From the human T2T-CHM13v2.0 reference genome, Homo sapiens: 64,000 bases of DNA. Under the pieces are notes generated by a model. That model did no database searches, was not told the DNA's origin, and was given only the letters and a program-made list of their open reading frames with translations. How positions within the stretch are numbered: the stretch's first letter is position 1; each line of letters begins with the position of its first letter. Below are positions 44,323-58,280 of this stretch, piece by piece. The stretch lies in the NCBI RefSeq assembly GCF_009914755.1, contig NC_060929.1, one strand, 5' to 3'. Both the position numbers and the translations under genes were made by a program.

Positions 44323-47300
44323 AAATTTTTGTGAGTACATAGTAGGTATATATATTTTTATAGGGTTCCTGAGATATTTTGATACAGGCATGCAATGTGT
44401 AGTGATCATATAAGGGTAAATGGGATATTCATCACCTCAAGCATTTATTCTTTTTTTGTGTTGCAAAGAAAAGTACAATTCAATGGTTCTCCTTTAGTTA
44501 GTTCTAAATGTACAGTAAATTATTGTTGTCTGTAGTCACCCTATTGTGCTAACAGGTACTAGATCTTATTCATTCTATTGAATTATATTTTGTATCCATT
44601 AACCATCCACATTCCCCACTGCCCCACTACCCTTCCCAGCCTCTGATAACTATCATTCTACTCTCTACTTACATGAGATCAGTTGTAATTTTAGCTCCCA
44701 CAAATAAGTGACAACATATAAAGTTTATCTTTCTGTGCCTGTCTTATTTCACTTAACACAATGTTCTCCAGTTTCATTCATGATCCTGCAAATGATGAAA
44801 TCTTATTCTTTTGTATGGCTGAATAGTGTTACATTACGCATTTGTGCCACATTTTTCTCTATCCATTCATTTGTTGATGAACACTTAGGTTGCTTTAAAA
44901 TATTGGCTATTGTGAATAATGCTGCCATAAACATGAAAATGAAGCTATCTCTTCAATATACTGATTTTCTGTCATTTAAGTATATACCTAGCAATAGGAT
45001 TGCTAGATCATATGCTAGTTCTAATTTTAGCTTTTTGAGGAATCTCCAGAATGTCCTTCATAGTGGTTTTACTAATTTACATTCCCACCAACGGTGTACA
45101 CGGGTTCCTTTTCTCCACCTCCTGGCCAGCATTTTTATTGTGTGTCTTTTGGATATAAGCCATTTTAACTGGAGTAAGATGATATCTCATTGTAGTTTTC
45201 ATTTGCATTTCTCTGATGATCAAGGATGTTGAGCATGTTTTCATATACCCATTTGCCATTTATATGTGTTCTTCTGAGAAATGTCTATGCAGATCTTTGG
45301 CCCATTTTAAAAATTATATTATTCGATTTCTTTTGCTATTGACTTGTTTTACCTCTTTATACAATCTGGTTATTAATCCCTTGTCAGATGAGTAGTTTGT
45401 GAACATTTTTCCCATCCAATGGATTGTCTCTTCACTTTGTTGATTGTATCTTTTGCTGTGCAGAAGCTTTTTAATCTGATGTGATGTTAGTTGTCCATTT
45501 TTTCTCTGGTTGCCCGTGCTTGTTAGGTACTACTCAAGAAACCTTTGCCCAGACCAATGGCCTAGAGAGTTTTCTGAATGTCTTCTTTTGTTAGTTTCAT
45601 AGCTTGAGATCTTAGATTTAAGTCTCTAATTGATTTTGGTTTTATTTTTACATATGGTGAGAGATAGGAGTCAAGTTTCATTCTTCTGTATATGGATATC
45701 CAGTTTTCTCAGCACCATTTATTAAAGAATATATCCTTTCCCCAATGCATCCCCTTGGCACCTTCATTGAAAATGAATTCATGGTAGTATTTTGTTCCAT
45801 TGGTCTGTGTATCTGTTTTTATAATAATGTCATACCATTTTGCTTATTATAGTTCTGTAGTATAATCTGAAATCAAATAATGTAATTTTTTAAATTTTGT
45901 TCTTTTTGATCTGAATAGATTTTGCTATGCTGGATCTTTTGTTATTCCATATAAATTTTATGGGTTTTTTTATTTCTATGAAGATTATTACTGGTTTTTG
46001 ACAGGGATTGCATTGAATCTGTAGACTGCTTTGGGTAGTATGAACATCTTAAAAATATTGATTCTTCCAATCAATGAACACAGAATATCTTTCCATTTTT
46101 GCCTGTCCTCTTCAATTTCATCCATCAGTGTATTATAGTTTATATTCTTGAGATTTTTACTTCTTTGCTTAGGTTTATTCCTAGGTAGTTTGTTTTATTT
46201 GTAGCTATTGTAAATGGAATTACTTTCTTGATTTCTTGTTCACCACTGGCATATAGAAATGCTACTGACTTTTGTATGTAGATTTTCTATCCTGACACTC
46301 ACTGAGTTTGTTTATCATTAACAATAGTTTTTTTGTGGATTATTTAGGTTTTTCTAAATATAAGATCATATTATCTGCAAACAAGGATAACTTGACTTCT
46401 TCCTTCCCAGTTTGTATATGCTTTATTTCATCCTCTTGTCTAATTGTCTAGCTAGAACTTCCAGTCCTATGTTGAATAAGAGTGGTGAAAGTAGACATTT
46501 TGTCTTGTTCCATATCTTAGAGGAAAAGGGTTCAGTTTCTCCCCATTCAGTATGATACCAGATGTGTGTCTCTCATATATGGCTTTTATTGTATTGAGGT
46601 ATGTTCCTTCTATTCCTAGTTTTTGAAGGTTTTTGTCATGAAGGGATACTGAATTTCATCAAATGCTTTCTAAGCATCAATTGAAATGATCAAATGGCTT
46701 TTGTCCTTTATGTTCTTGATATGGTGTATTACATTCATTGATTTGTGTATGTTGAACCATCATTGCATCACTGGGATAAACCCTATATGGTCATAATGAA
46801 TGATCTTTTTAATGTGTTGTTAAATTCAGTTTGCTAGTATTTCATTGAGGATTTTTGCATCAATGTTAAACAGGCATATTAGGCTGTAATTTCATTTCTT
46901 TTTTTTTTCTTTTTGCTGCATCTTCGACTTTGGTACCAGGGTAATACTGGCCTTGTAGAATGTGTTCAAAGTATTATTTCCTCCTTTATTTTGTGGAGTA
47001 GTTTGACTAGAATTGGTGTTAGTTCTTTAAATGTTTGCTAAAATTCAGGAGTAAAGGTATTAGGTCCTAGGCTTTCCTTTGCTAAGAGGCTTTTTATTAC
47101 AACTTCAATCTCATTACTTGTTATTGGTCCATTCACGTTTTGAATTTCTTCATGGTTCAATCTTGGTAGGTTGTATGTGTCTAGTAATTTATCCATTTCT
47201 TTTAGGTATTCCAATTTATTGGCATATAGTTGTTCATAGTAGCCTCTAATGATCCTTGAATTTCTGCAGTATCTGCAGTTTTAATATCTGCATTTTATCT

Positions 47301-50300
47301 CTGATATTATTTGGGTCTTCTCTTTTTTTTTCTTAGTTTGATGTGTTAGTTCATTTTCACACTGCTATAAAGAACTACCTGAGACTAGTTAATTTATGAA
47401 GAAAAGAGGTTTAATTGATTCACAGTTCTTCAGGCTGTACAGGAAGCATGGCTGGGAGGCCTCAGGAAACATACAATTATTGCAGAAGGGTAAAGGGGAA
47501 GCAAGTGTATTTTCACATGGAGGCAAGAGAGAGAGCAAAGGAGGACATGCCACACACTGTTAAAATATCACATCTCATGAGAACTCACTCACCATCACAA
47601 CAACAGCAAGGGGAAAATCTGCCCTCATGTTCCAATCACCTCCCATCAGGTTCCTTCTCCAACATTGGGAATTACAATTCAACATGAGATTTGGGTGGGG
47701 ACACAGAGCCAAATCATATCATCTGGGTAAAGTTTCATTAATTTTGCTTATCTTTCAAAGAAACAATTTTTCATTGATCTTTTGTATTTTTATTCCTTTC
47801 CATTTCATTTATTTCTGCTCCTGTCATTATTATTTTGTTTCTTCTATTTATTTTGAATTTGATTTGCTCTTGCTTTTTTAGATCTTTAAGACACATTATT
47901 AGATTATTTATTTGAAGTGTTTCTACTTTTTTGATGTGGGTGCTTATTGACACAAACTTCCCTCTTAGTACTGCTTTCATTGTATCTCATAGGTTTAAGT
48001 ACATTGTGATTCCATTATCAGTTGTTTCAATAAATTCATAACTTTTTTTCTTAATTTCTGCATTGACCCACTGGTCATTCAAGAGCATATTGTTTAATTT
48101 CCATGTTTTGTATAGTTTCCTAAGTCAATATCTTGTTATGGTTTCTACTTTTATTTCATTATTTTCTAAGAAGATATTTGATATTATTTCATTTTTTTTG
48201 AATTTTCTAAGACTTTTTTTGTGGCCTAACATATGGTCTATCCTTGAGAATGATCTTTGTGATGAAGAAAAGAATCTGTATTCCAAAGCTGTTGGATGAA
48301 ATGTTCTCTTAATATCTAATAGTTCCATCAGATGTTTCTATGTTGATTTTCTGTCTGGATGATCTATTCAATGCTGAGAGTTGAGTGTTGACGTTTCCAG
48401 CTATTATTGTATTGAGATCTATTTCTCTCCGTAGCTCTAATGATATTTGCTTTATATATCTGGGTGATCCAGTGTTGGGTGCATATATATTTACAATTGT
48501 TATGTCCTGTTACTTAATTCACTCATTTATCATTATGTAATGACCTTCTTTGTCTCTATTTAGAGTTTTGTCTTGAAATATATGTTGTCTGATGTATCTG
48601 CTCCTTCTCTTTTTTGGTTTCCATTTCAGTAGAATATCTTTTTCCATCCCTTTATTTTCAGTCTACATGTGTCTTTATAGATAAAGTGTATCTTGTAGGC
48701 AAAAGATCATTGGATTTTCTTTTTTTCATTAAGCCACTCTATGTCTTGATTGGAGAGTTTAATCCATTTACATGTTATTATTGATAAGTAAGGACTTAAT
48801 TCTGTCATTTTGTTATTCATTTTCTAGTTGTTTTGTGGTGTTCTCTCTCTTCTTTTCTTTCTTCCTGTCTTCCTTTTAGGAAAGAGAATTATCTCAGGTG
48901 GTATATTTTAATTTCTTTAATTTCTTTCTTTTTATTTTTTATGTATTTGTTGTATGTGCTTTCATTTGGAATTGCCGTGAGGCTTGCAAATAATAGCTTA
49001 AAGCCCATTATTTTAAACTGACAAGTTTACAGTGATTGCATAAACAATCAAACAACATAACAAACAAGCCAAAAGAAATGCAATGAAAGCTTTACACTTT
49101 AACTTCATCTTTCACTTTTTAACTTTTTGTTGTTTCTATTTTTATTATACTACTTCTTGAAAAGTTTTGTTTTTATTATTTTTGCTAGTTTCATGTTTTA
49201 GCCTTCCTACTCAAGATGTGCATAGTTTACACACTACAAATACAGTACAGTAATATCCTGTTTGTGTATTTAGTATTACCAGTTGAGTTTTATACCTTCA
49301 GATTATTTCTTATTACTGATTATTTTCATTTTCTTAAAGATTGAAGAGGTTTCTTTAGCATTTCTTTTTGGACAAGTCTGGTGTTGATGAATGCCTTCAA
49401 TTTTTATTTGTCTGGGAAAGTCTTTATTTTTCCTTTATGTTTGAGGATAGTTTCACTGAATGTAATTTCCTAGTATAAAGGTTTTTTTTTTTTTTTTTTT
49501 TTAATTTCAGCAGTTTAAATACGTCATGCTACTCTATCCTGACCTGTAAAGTTTCCACTGAAAAGTCTGCTGCTAGACATATTGGAACTCCTTTGTATGT
49601 TATTTGTTTTCTTTTTCTTGCTGCTTTTAGAATCTTTTCTTTATCCTTGACCTATTGGAGTTCTATTATTAAATATCTAGAGGTGCTCTTATTTGGATTA
49701 AATCTGCTTGGTGTTCTATAACCTTCTTTTAATTGTGTATTGATATTTCTTTCTCTAGATTTAGAAAGTTATGTTATTATCCTTTTGAATAAACTTTCTA
49801 CCCTGATCTCTCTCTATCTCTCCTTTGACCAATAACTCTCAGATTTGCTCTTTTCGATTTTATTTTCTAGACCTTGTAGGCATCCTTCTGTCTTTTTTAT
49901 ATTTTTCTTCTGTTTTCGTCTACTGTGCATTTTCAAATAGCTTGTCTTCAAGCTCACTAATTCTTTTTTCTGCTTAATCAGTTCTGCTGTTAAGAGACTC
50001 TGATGCATTCTTGGGTATGTCAATTTAATTTTTCAGCTCCAGAAGTTTTGTTTCATTTCTCAAAATTATTTCAATCTCTTCATTAAATTTTTCTGATAGA
50101 ATTCTGGATTCCTTGTATGTATAATCTTGAATTTCATTGAGCTTCTTCAAAACAGCTATTTTAAAGTCTCTGTCTGAAAGGTCCTATCTCTGTCACTGGT
50201 GCTTGGTGTAGTTTGTTTGGTGAGGTCACGTTTTACTGAATGGTATTGATGCTTGTGGATGTTCATCAATGTTGTGGCATTGAAGAGTTAGGTATTTATT

Positions 50301-52313
50301 GTAGTCTTTGTAGTCTGGGCTAATTTGTATTTGTACTTCTTGGGAATGCTTTCCAAGTATTTGCAAGGACTTAGGTGTTGTGATCTAAGTCTTTGGTAAC
50401 TGCATCTATATGTGCATTAGAAGGGACCCCAAGCCCAGTAATGTAGCTCTGGCAGACTCATAGACATAATGCCTTGGTGTTCTAAGGAAGATCCAGGAAA
50501 ATTCCATGTTACAAGGCAGAGACTCTTGTTCTTTTTCCCTACTTTCTCCCAAACAAATGGAGTCTTTCTCTATATGTACTGAGCTACCCGGAGCTGGGTG
50601 AGAGGTGAAACAAGCATCTCTGTGGCCACCGTCACTGGTGCTGTGATAGGTCAGACCTGAAACTAGCACAGCACCTGTCTTGCCCAAAGTCCACAGTGTA
50701 CACTCCCTGGCTATCACCTATGTTCACTCAAGACCCAAGGCTCTATTATCAGCAGGAGATAAATACAGCCAGATTTGTGTCCTTCCATTCAAGATGATGA
50801 ATTCTCTTTGGCCCTGTGCAGGTTCAGAGGTGTTGTCCAGGAGTCAGGACCTGGAGTCAGGAGCCTTAGGAATGTACCTGGTGCTCTGTTCTACTGCAGC
50901 TGAGCTGAAACTGAAGCACAAGGCAATGTCTTTCCCACTCTTCCCTTCCCTTTCCTAAAGTAGAGGTGTCTCTCTCCATGGCAACCACCACCCTAGTCCA
51001 TAGTGAATACTGCCTGGCTACCTGCATTGTTCACTCAAGGCCCAGGAACTCTACCATCAGCTTGTGGTGAATGTTGTCAGGCCTGATTCTCTTCATTCAA
51101 GACAGTGGGACCCCTCTGGCTAAGGGCAGGTCCAGAAATGTCATACAAAAGCCAAGCTCTGCAATTGGGGACCATAGGAGCCCCATTGGTACTTTACTAC
51201 ACTGTGGCCAAGCTAGTGCCTAAGCTACAAAGCAAAGTCTCTTTACTCCTCTCTCTCTGATTCTCAAGCAGGAGACTCTCCCCATAGCCACTATAGCTGG
51301 TAGTGTGATGGGTCACACCTGAAGCCAGCACAGCTCTGAGTTTCACCCAAAGCTCATGGTCATTACTACCTGGCTACTGCTGATGATTATTTAGGGGCCA
51401 AAGGCTCTTTAGTCAGAAGGTGATAAATCCTACCAGAATATTGTCCTTCCCTTCAAGGCAGCAGGCTTCCTTCTGGCCCAGATGTGTCTAGAAATGCCAT
51501 CCATGAGCTATGGCCTGTAATGGAGGCTACAGGACTCTGCCAGTACTCTATTCTACTGTGGCTGAGCTGGTATCAAAGTTTCAAGACAAATCCCTCTTTA
51601 TTTTCCCTTCTTTTCTCCACAGTGGAAGGAAGGAGTGCCTTCCACAGCTGCAAGCTGTGCTGCCTGAGGCTGGTGTAGGATTGATGCAAGCCCTCCTTTG
51701 GCTGCATCACCTGGTGTCTCACTAGGTTTCATGTACCAGCTTTGAGCTCAGCACAGCACCTGGGCTTGCCCAGGAATTGCAGTCCTTGTGGTGTAGACTG
51801 CTTTTCAAGTTTATTTAAAAACTCACAGCATTTAGCACACAGTCATGGGGCTTATTGGAAATCAGACTCCACCTACTGGGATGGACAATTTGCCTCTGGC
51901 TAGGCTGGTCTAAATGCTCCTTCCATGGGTGTCACTTGAGTTCTGCCTTGTTTGCTTTCTGCTGTGACACAGCAGAACTGAGTTCCAATGCAAAGTGCCA
52001 CAATCACTGCATTCTCCCTCTCCCAAGCACAAGCACACAGATTCTCTCTATACACCATGTGACGGCTGCCAAGGGATGGATGAGGGGTGATTTAAGCAAT
52101 TCAAGACTGTGTTTCTCACCCTGCTTAGTGCCTCTTTCCTAAACATGATGTTAAAACCAAGTACTGTGATGTTAAAACCAAGTACTGTGATCACTCCCTT
52201 CTAATCATTCACTTTTTTGTGTGTGGATTGTTGTTCGATTTGGTGTTCTTCTTGAGGGAGGATAATTACTGGAGGCTTCTATTCAGCTGTCTTGATCTGC
52301 CTCTTCTTCCATA
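44323..52313 (-). mobile_element. Near full-length old L1 (L1MA1-3-like)
   Basis: L1MA 3' end (gagtacatagtaggtatatat...gatattttgatacaggcatgc), decayed ORF2 and ORF1, long 5' UTR ending gaggcttctattcagctgtcttg. TSD gctctatttttt at 44311-44322 and 52314-52325. Confidence 0.88.
47342..47721 (-). mobile_element. THE1D/MSTA solo LTR nested in L1MA
   Basis: cacactgctataaagaactacctgagact...gggacacagagccaaatcatatca. Confidence 0.9.
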
Positions 52314-52319
52314 GCTCTA

Positions 52320-55300
52320 TTTTTTTATTGACAAATGTTTTTTACCTATTGATTGGAATATGTGATATTTTATTACATGCATAGACTGTATAAGGATCAA
52401 GTCAGAGTACTTGGGGTATCTATCACCTCCAGTATTTATCACTTCTATGTGTTGGGAACATTTCAAGTTCTCTCTTCTATTTTGAAATATGCAATACATT
52501 GTTGTTAAGTATAGTTAGTCTATTCTGCTATCAAGCATTAGAACTTATTTCTTCTATCTAACTGTATGCTTGTACCCATTAACCAAACGTTCCTTATCCC
52601 TAACCATCCATCCACACAACTTTGCCAGCCCATTCTGTGGCGTGAGTTGTCATGTCTCCTTATTCACTTCAGACTGAGTTTGAGCTCTCTGTTTTCTTTT
52701 GGTTTATCTAGCCAGCTATTTATTATTGATTTTGTTTATCTTTTCAATAAACCAAGTTTTCATTTTGTTGAGCCTTTTTTTTTTTGTTTTTATTTTGTTT
52801 AGTTCTGCTTCAGTACTTATTATTTATTTTCTTCTACTAAGTTGGAGTTCAGTTTATTCTAGTTCCTTGAGGTGCATCATTAATTTTTTTTTATTTTAAA
52901 TCTTTCTACTACTTTGATGTAGGCATTTATTGCTATAAAGTTTCTTCATAGCACTGCTTTTTCTATATTCCAGAGGTTTTGTTATGTTGTATATCTGTTT
53001 CCATTTGTTTCAAGACTTTTTAATTTTAATTTCTTCCTTAATTACTTCCTTGACCCAATGGTCATCCAGGTGTTAATTTAGCATGACATTTAATTTCCAT
53101 GTAATTGTACTCTTTCCCATGTACCTCTTGGTATTAATTCCTTTTTAATTTTACAGTTGTCTGAGAAGATACTTCATATAATTTTGATTTTTAAAAATTT
53201 CTTTAAATTTGTTTTATGTCCTAATATATGTTCTATCATGGAGAATGTTTCATGAGCTGATAAAGATGTGCATTCTGCAGCAGTGGGATGAAATGTTCTG
53301 TAAATGTCTGTTAGGTCCATTTAGTTTAATTGCAGTTTAAATCCAATGTGTCTCTGTTAATTGTCTGTCCAGATGATCTGTCTGATGCTGAGAGTAGGGT
53401 GTTCAAGTCCCCAAATCTTATTGTATTGGAGTCTATCTCTCCTTTTAGCTCTAATAATATTTGATTTACATATTTGTGTGCTCTGTGTTGGCTGCATATA
53501 TGTTTAGAACTGTTATATTCTCTTGCTGAATTTATCCCCTTAGCATTACATATGACCCTCTTTGTCTGTTTTTACTTCTTCTGACTTAAATTCTGTTTTA
53601 TCTGATATAAGTATAGCCACTCCTACTCAATTATGGTTTCCATTTGCACAAGTGTAATTTTCCAACTTTCACTTTCAGTCTAAAATTGTTTTTACAAGTG
53701 AGATTAGTTTCTTTTAGAGAGCATAGACAGCATATAGCTGGGCCTGGTTTTTGTTTGTTTGTTTGTTTGTTTTTAATCCATTCAGTCAGTCTACATCTTT
53801 TAAGTGGAAAGTTTAATCCATTTACATTTAATGTTATTATTGATATGTGAGGGTTGTTCCTGATTGATTTATCATTGTTTTGTATATCCTTTGTTCTTTT
53901 ATTTCCCTTTTATTGTTTGCCATTTTGGTTTTTTTTTTTTCTGCAGTGGTAACATTTGAATTATTTCTCTTCTTTAATTTTGTGTTTGTTTTATCAGTGG
54001 GTTTTGAAATTTCATGTTTTTTCATGATGATAAATAGCATCCGTTTGCTTCCAGTTATAGTACTCTCTTAAGCAATTTATGTATGTATGTATGTATGTAT
54101 TTATTTATTTATTGAGACACAGTGTCGCTGTGTCACCCTGGCTGGAGTGCAGTGGTGCGATCTCGGCTCACTGAAAGCTCTGCCTCCTGGGTTCATGTCA
54201 TTCTCCTGCCTCAGTCTCCCAAGTAGCTGGGACTACAGGTGCCCACCAACACGCCCAGCTAATTTTTTGTATTTTTAGTAGAGACAGGGTTTCACTGTGT
54301 TAGCCAGGATGGTCTTCATCTCCTGACCTCATGATCCACTGGCCTCGGCCTCCCAAATTGCTGGGATTATAGGCATGAGCCACCGTGCCCAGCCCTTAAG
54401 CAAATTTTAAGGGCCAATCTAGTGTTGATGAATTCCCTGAGCTTTTGCTTGTCTGAGAAAGACTTTATCTGTCTTTTATTATCTTATCTTATAAAGGATA
54501 ACTTTGCCAACTCTAGTATCCTTGATTAGCTGGTTTTATCTTTCAGCACAGTGAATATGTCATCCCATTCTCTCCTGGCCTGTAAGGTTTTCACTGAGAA
54601 ATCTGCTATTATTCTAGATTTACGTCTAAGGGAATAGATATTTTTCTCTTACTGTTTTTATCTTCTTTCTTTGTCTTGACTTTTGATACTTTGATTTTAA
54701 TATGCCATGAAGAAGACGTGTTTGATTGTATCAGTTTGAGGATTTCTGAATGTCTTGTATCTCAATGTCTAAATCTCTTGGTAGACTTGGAAAGTTTTCT
54801 GCTATTATTTTGTTAAATATGTTTTCTAATTATTTTGTTTATTTCTTTACCTTCAGGGACAATGAAAATTTAAATATGCGGTTGCTTTATCATGTTTCAC
54901 ATGTCACATAGATTTTGCTCACTCTTTTTGGTTCTTTTTTTCTGAGTTTTGTCTCACTGGGTAATTTCAAAAGACCTGCCTTCAAGTTTTGAAATTATTT
55001 CTTTGATTTTCGCTAATCTACTTTTGAAGTTTTTAAATGCATTTTGTACTTTATTCAAGGAATTCTTTAGTTGCGGAATTTCTGTTTAGTTCTTTCTTAT
55101 ATCTATCTCTTTGGAAAACTCTTCATTCAGATCCTGAATTGTTTTTCTAATTTCTTTGTAATCTTAAAAATTTCATTGTATCTCATTTAGATTATTTAAT
55201 ATCATGATATTGAATACTTTATCGGGAATTTCATAATATTCTCTCTTTTTTAATATTAAATTTTTTGAAGTTTTTTATTGAAGTTTTATACATATAAGTG

Positions 55301-57129
55301 TGTTTATGTGTGTTTATGTATATATGTATATATACATATATATTACCTTCATCATTTTTAAGTGTACAGTGATAATGAACACATTTATATTCCTTTTATC
55401 TTCATCTTGGGATTTCATAAATTTCTTTTTGATTGGAACCTGTTGCTGAAGAATTATTGCGTTCCTTTGGAAGTGTCATATTTTCCATGCTTTTTTATGT
55501 TTCTGTGTCCTTATGTTGATATCTGCACATCTGGTGTAATAGTGACTGCTTTCAAATTTTTCAATTTGCTTTCATAGGGGAGGAATTCTTTTTGAGTATG
55601 TATTTATGGTGTTAGTTCAGTAGAGTACATTGGCTTTGATTCTGGATGTGTGCAGTAGTGTGGACTCTGTGTGATGTCTTTGGCTGTAAAAAGCATCAGT
55701 GGTGTCTGTTATTTCCTCAGTGATTTAGGGTAAAGTTGTTAGTGGAGGCTGTGGTGAAGTTTTGCTGGGCTCAGGATGCCAGTTGGGCCAGTGCTCAGGG
55801 ACCAGTGGTGGCAGCAGCAGGCAGAGCATGCCTGTCCTTGGTCCCTAGGGCTGAATACACTGGCACCAGTTTTAGATGGTTCAGAGGGATGAATTTTTGA
55901 GCCTCTAGGCATTGATAGGCTTTGCTGGTGGTGGGTTATCAGGCCTCTAGCAGCCTGCATGTTGTGGACAATGGCAATAGCAGTGGGGTGTCTAACCTTT
56001 GGGAACCAAGTGGTATTTGCCAGTGTTAGCAGTGGCTGCAATGAGCAAGGTGGGCCAGTTTCCAGGCCCACAGAAGCATGTGCAGTTTAGTGCCAACTGT
56101 GATGGTAGTAACAGGTTGGGTGGGCCTGATCTCAGTCCCTTAAGAGGAACACTCGGGTGTCAACAGTAGTGGACTGGGCAGGGAAGTCCCCAGGCCCTTG
56201 AACAGCATAAGAATGTAAAGCAGGGCTTGGTGGGCCCATCCTCCAGCACCCAAGTGGTGTGGATAGGCACTGGCTGTGGTAGGCAGCAGCAGATTGAGCC
56301 CAAGGCCCACAGCAGAATGCTCTGGGTGAGGGTGGCAGCAGCAGTGGCTGCACTGTAGACCTACTATTGGGGAGAACAGGTGTGCTTTCAGGGACAACAG
56401 TCATAGGCAGACAGCTGAGGAGTATGTGCTTCACTTGTGTTTCAACCCTGGATGTGACAGCTTGTAGTGATGGCTACTGCTAGTTGCAGAGTTTGCCCTC
56501 AGAGTGCATGAAAATGTGAAGTGACATCACTCCTGGGGCAACAGGGTATTTGCCAAAAGCTCATACTTCAGCCCTGGATGCAGCATCCAGCCATGGTGGT
56601 GGCTGAAGGTGGGGAATCTCTGAAGGCTCTAGAGATGTGGGGATGCAAGCACTGTTGGACCTCCAGGCAGGATGCAGTCTGGTGGAGGCTGGGCTCTAAA
56701 TATGCTGTCTTTCAGTAGCTGCTTAGCTTAGAATGTATTGGACTCAGTGTGAGCTCCCTGTCTGGAACAATGTTTTCATACTGCCTCCATGCAACTCCTT
56801 ATGCTAGTCTTAGGGACTGCAAGGGTCTAGGGGCTTTCCCATGCCCAGGATGCAAGAGTCCATAGTGGAAATGTGAAGCTCTATGGGTGACTCACTTATC
56901 CTTGACTGCAATGGAGAATCTCTTCAGGCTACCGGATGATCCCAGAGAAGCAGACTGCCATGCTTCCCTCTCCGTGCTTATTTTAGGTGTTTCCTGTAGC
57001 TTCTCTGTTGAATTCCAGTGTTCTTTCTTACATTATGTATTTATGTATTTGCATTGCAGTTATCTTCTCACTATTTTGGTTCCCCTTTGTGGAGGATAAG
57101 ACTACTTGGTGCTTTTAATCCACCTTCTT
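52320..57129 (-). mobile_element. Old L1 (L1MA4-like) with large ORF2 deletion
   Basis: The 3' UTR (52320-52630) jumps directly to EN-region ORF2. ORF1 and a GC-richer 5' UTR follow, up to about 57.1 kb. Confidence 0.8.
54080..54394 (-). mobile_element. AluY-like with (TATG)n tail
   Basis: Contains gttagccaggatggtc and aagctctgcctcctgggttca. TSD cttaagcaa. Confidence 0.9.
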
Positions 57130-57284
57130 TTCCTTCTTTTTTTATTTATTATTTTTTAATTATTTTAGTAGAGATGGGGTTTCACCATGCTAGCCAGGAT
57201 GGTCTCGATCTCCTGACCTCGTGGTCCCTCTGCCTCAGCCTCCCAAAGTGCTGGGATTACCGGCGTGAGCCACCATGCCTGACC
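57130..57284 (-). mobile_element. Alu left monomer only, with own tail and 15-bp TSD
   Basis: TSD ttaatccaccttctt at 57115-57129 and 57287-57301. Confidence 0.85.
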
Positions 57285-57396
57285 CATTAATCCACCTTCT
57301 TGAAGGTGCTTTCTGAGATTTACCTTTATTTATTTTTATTCTGGACTGATTTCCCTTAGACTTTGCACATGTGTATTAATATTTGTTGGCTTACTC

Positions 57397-57703
57397 TTTT
57401 TTTTTTTTTTTGAGATGGAGTCTCACTCTGTCACCCAGGCTGGAGTGAATTGGTGCAATCTCGGCTCACTGCAACCTCTGCCTCCTGGGCTCAAGTGATT
57501 CTCGTGCCTTAGCTTCCCGAGTAGCTGGGACTACAGGTGCACACCACCACACCCAGAAAATTTTTTCTTTTTTTTGTATTTCTAGTAGAGACAGGGTTTC
57601 ACCATGTTGCCCAGGGTGGTCTTGAACTCCTGAGCTCAGGCAATCTACTAGCCTCAGCTTCCCAAAGTGCTAGGATTACAGGTGTGAGCCAACACGACCG
57701 GCC
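57397..57703 (-). mobile_element. AluS
   Basis: Full antisense Alu. Degenerate TSD gttggcttactctt/gttagtttactctt. Confidence 0.92.
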
Positions 57704-58069
57704 AGTTAGTTTACTCTTAAAATTCCTAAATAATTCCAAATCTCTCTTGGGATTATTTTTCCCATACTTCTGACTTCTGGTAATCTCTTGCCTACATTAA
57801 ACTTAAATTCCTTTTATCATAAGTTTACAATAAAAAAAAAATCTAACCTCTGTAAATAGAATCATCCTCCATCCGTAGAACTATGTTCTCCTTTTTTCTC
57901 AAGCCAGAGCTCAAAGAAACCAATGACAATGACCTTGTAAGATTTGAAAGTGAGAAATATGAGATTGCAAATTGCACTGCCATTCCCTATCCTATGCTGT
58001 CAGAAACATCACCAATCCATCAGAATTCTTTCCTGTGCTGAGCTCAAGAGTTATTTATAAATGCATCTC

Positions 58070-58280
58070 AATTAATGGCTTATTATTTTTTCCTTAATCA
58101 TTTTACTTAATTCCTACAACAAACCAAGGAGCTAGGTGTTACTAATCCCATTTTACAAATGAGGACACTAAAATCTAGATAGGATTGTAACTCATCCAAG
58201 GTTATGCTGTTAGCAGTAGGTGATTACAAGATTCCAGTCTAGGTTTGTCTGGTTCCAAGGCCCATGCTGTTAAAACTGTG
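58070..58280 (-). mobile_element. MIR
   Basis: cccattttacaaatgaggacacta...ccaaggcccatgct. Confidence 0.7.
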
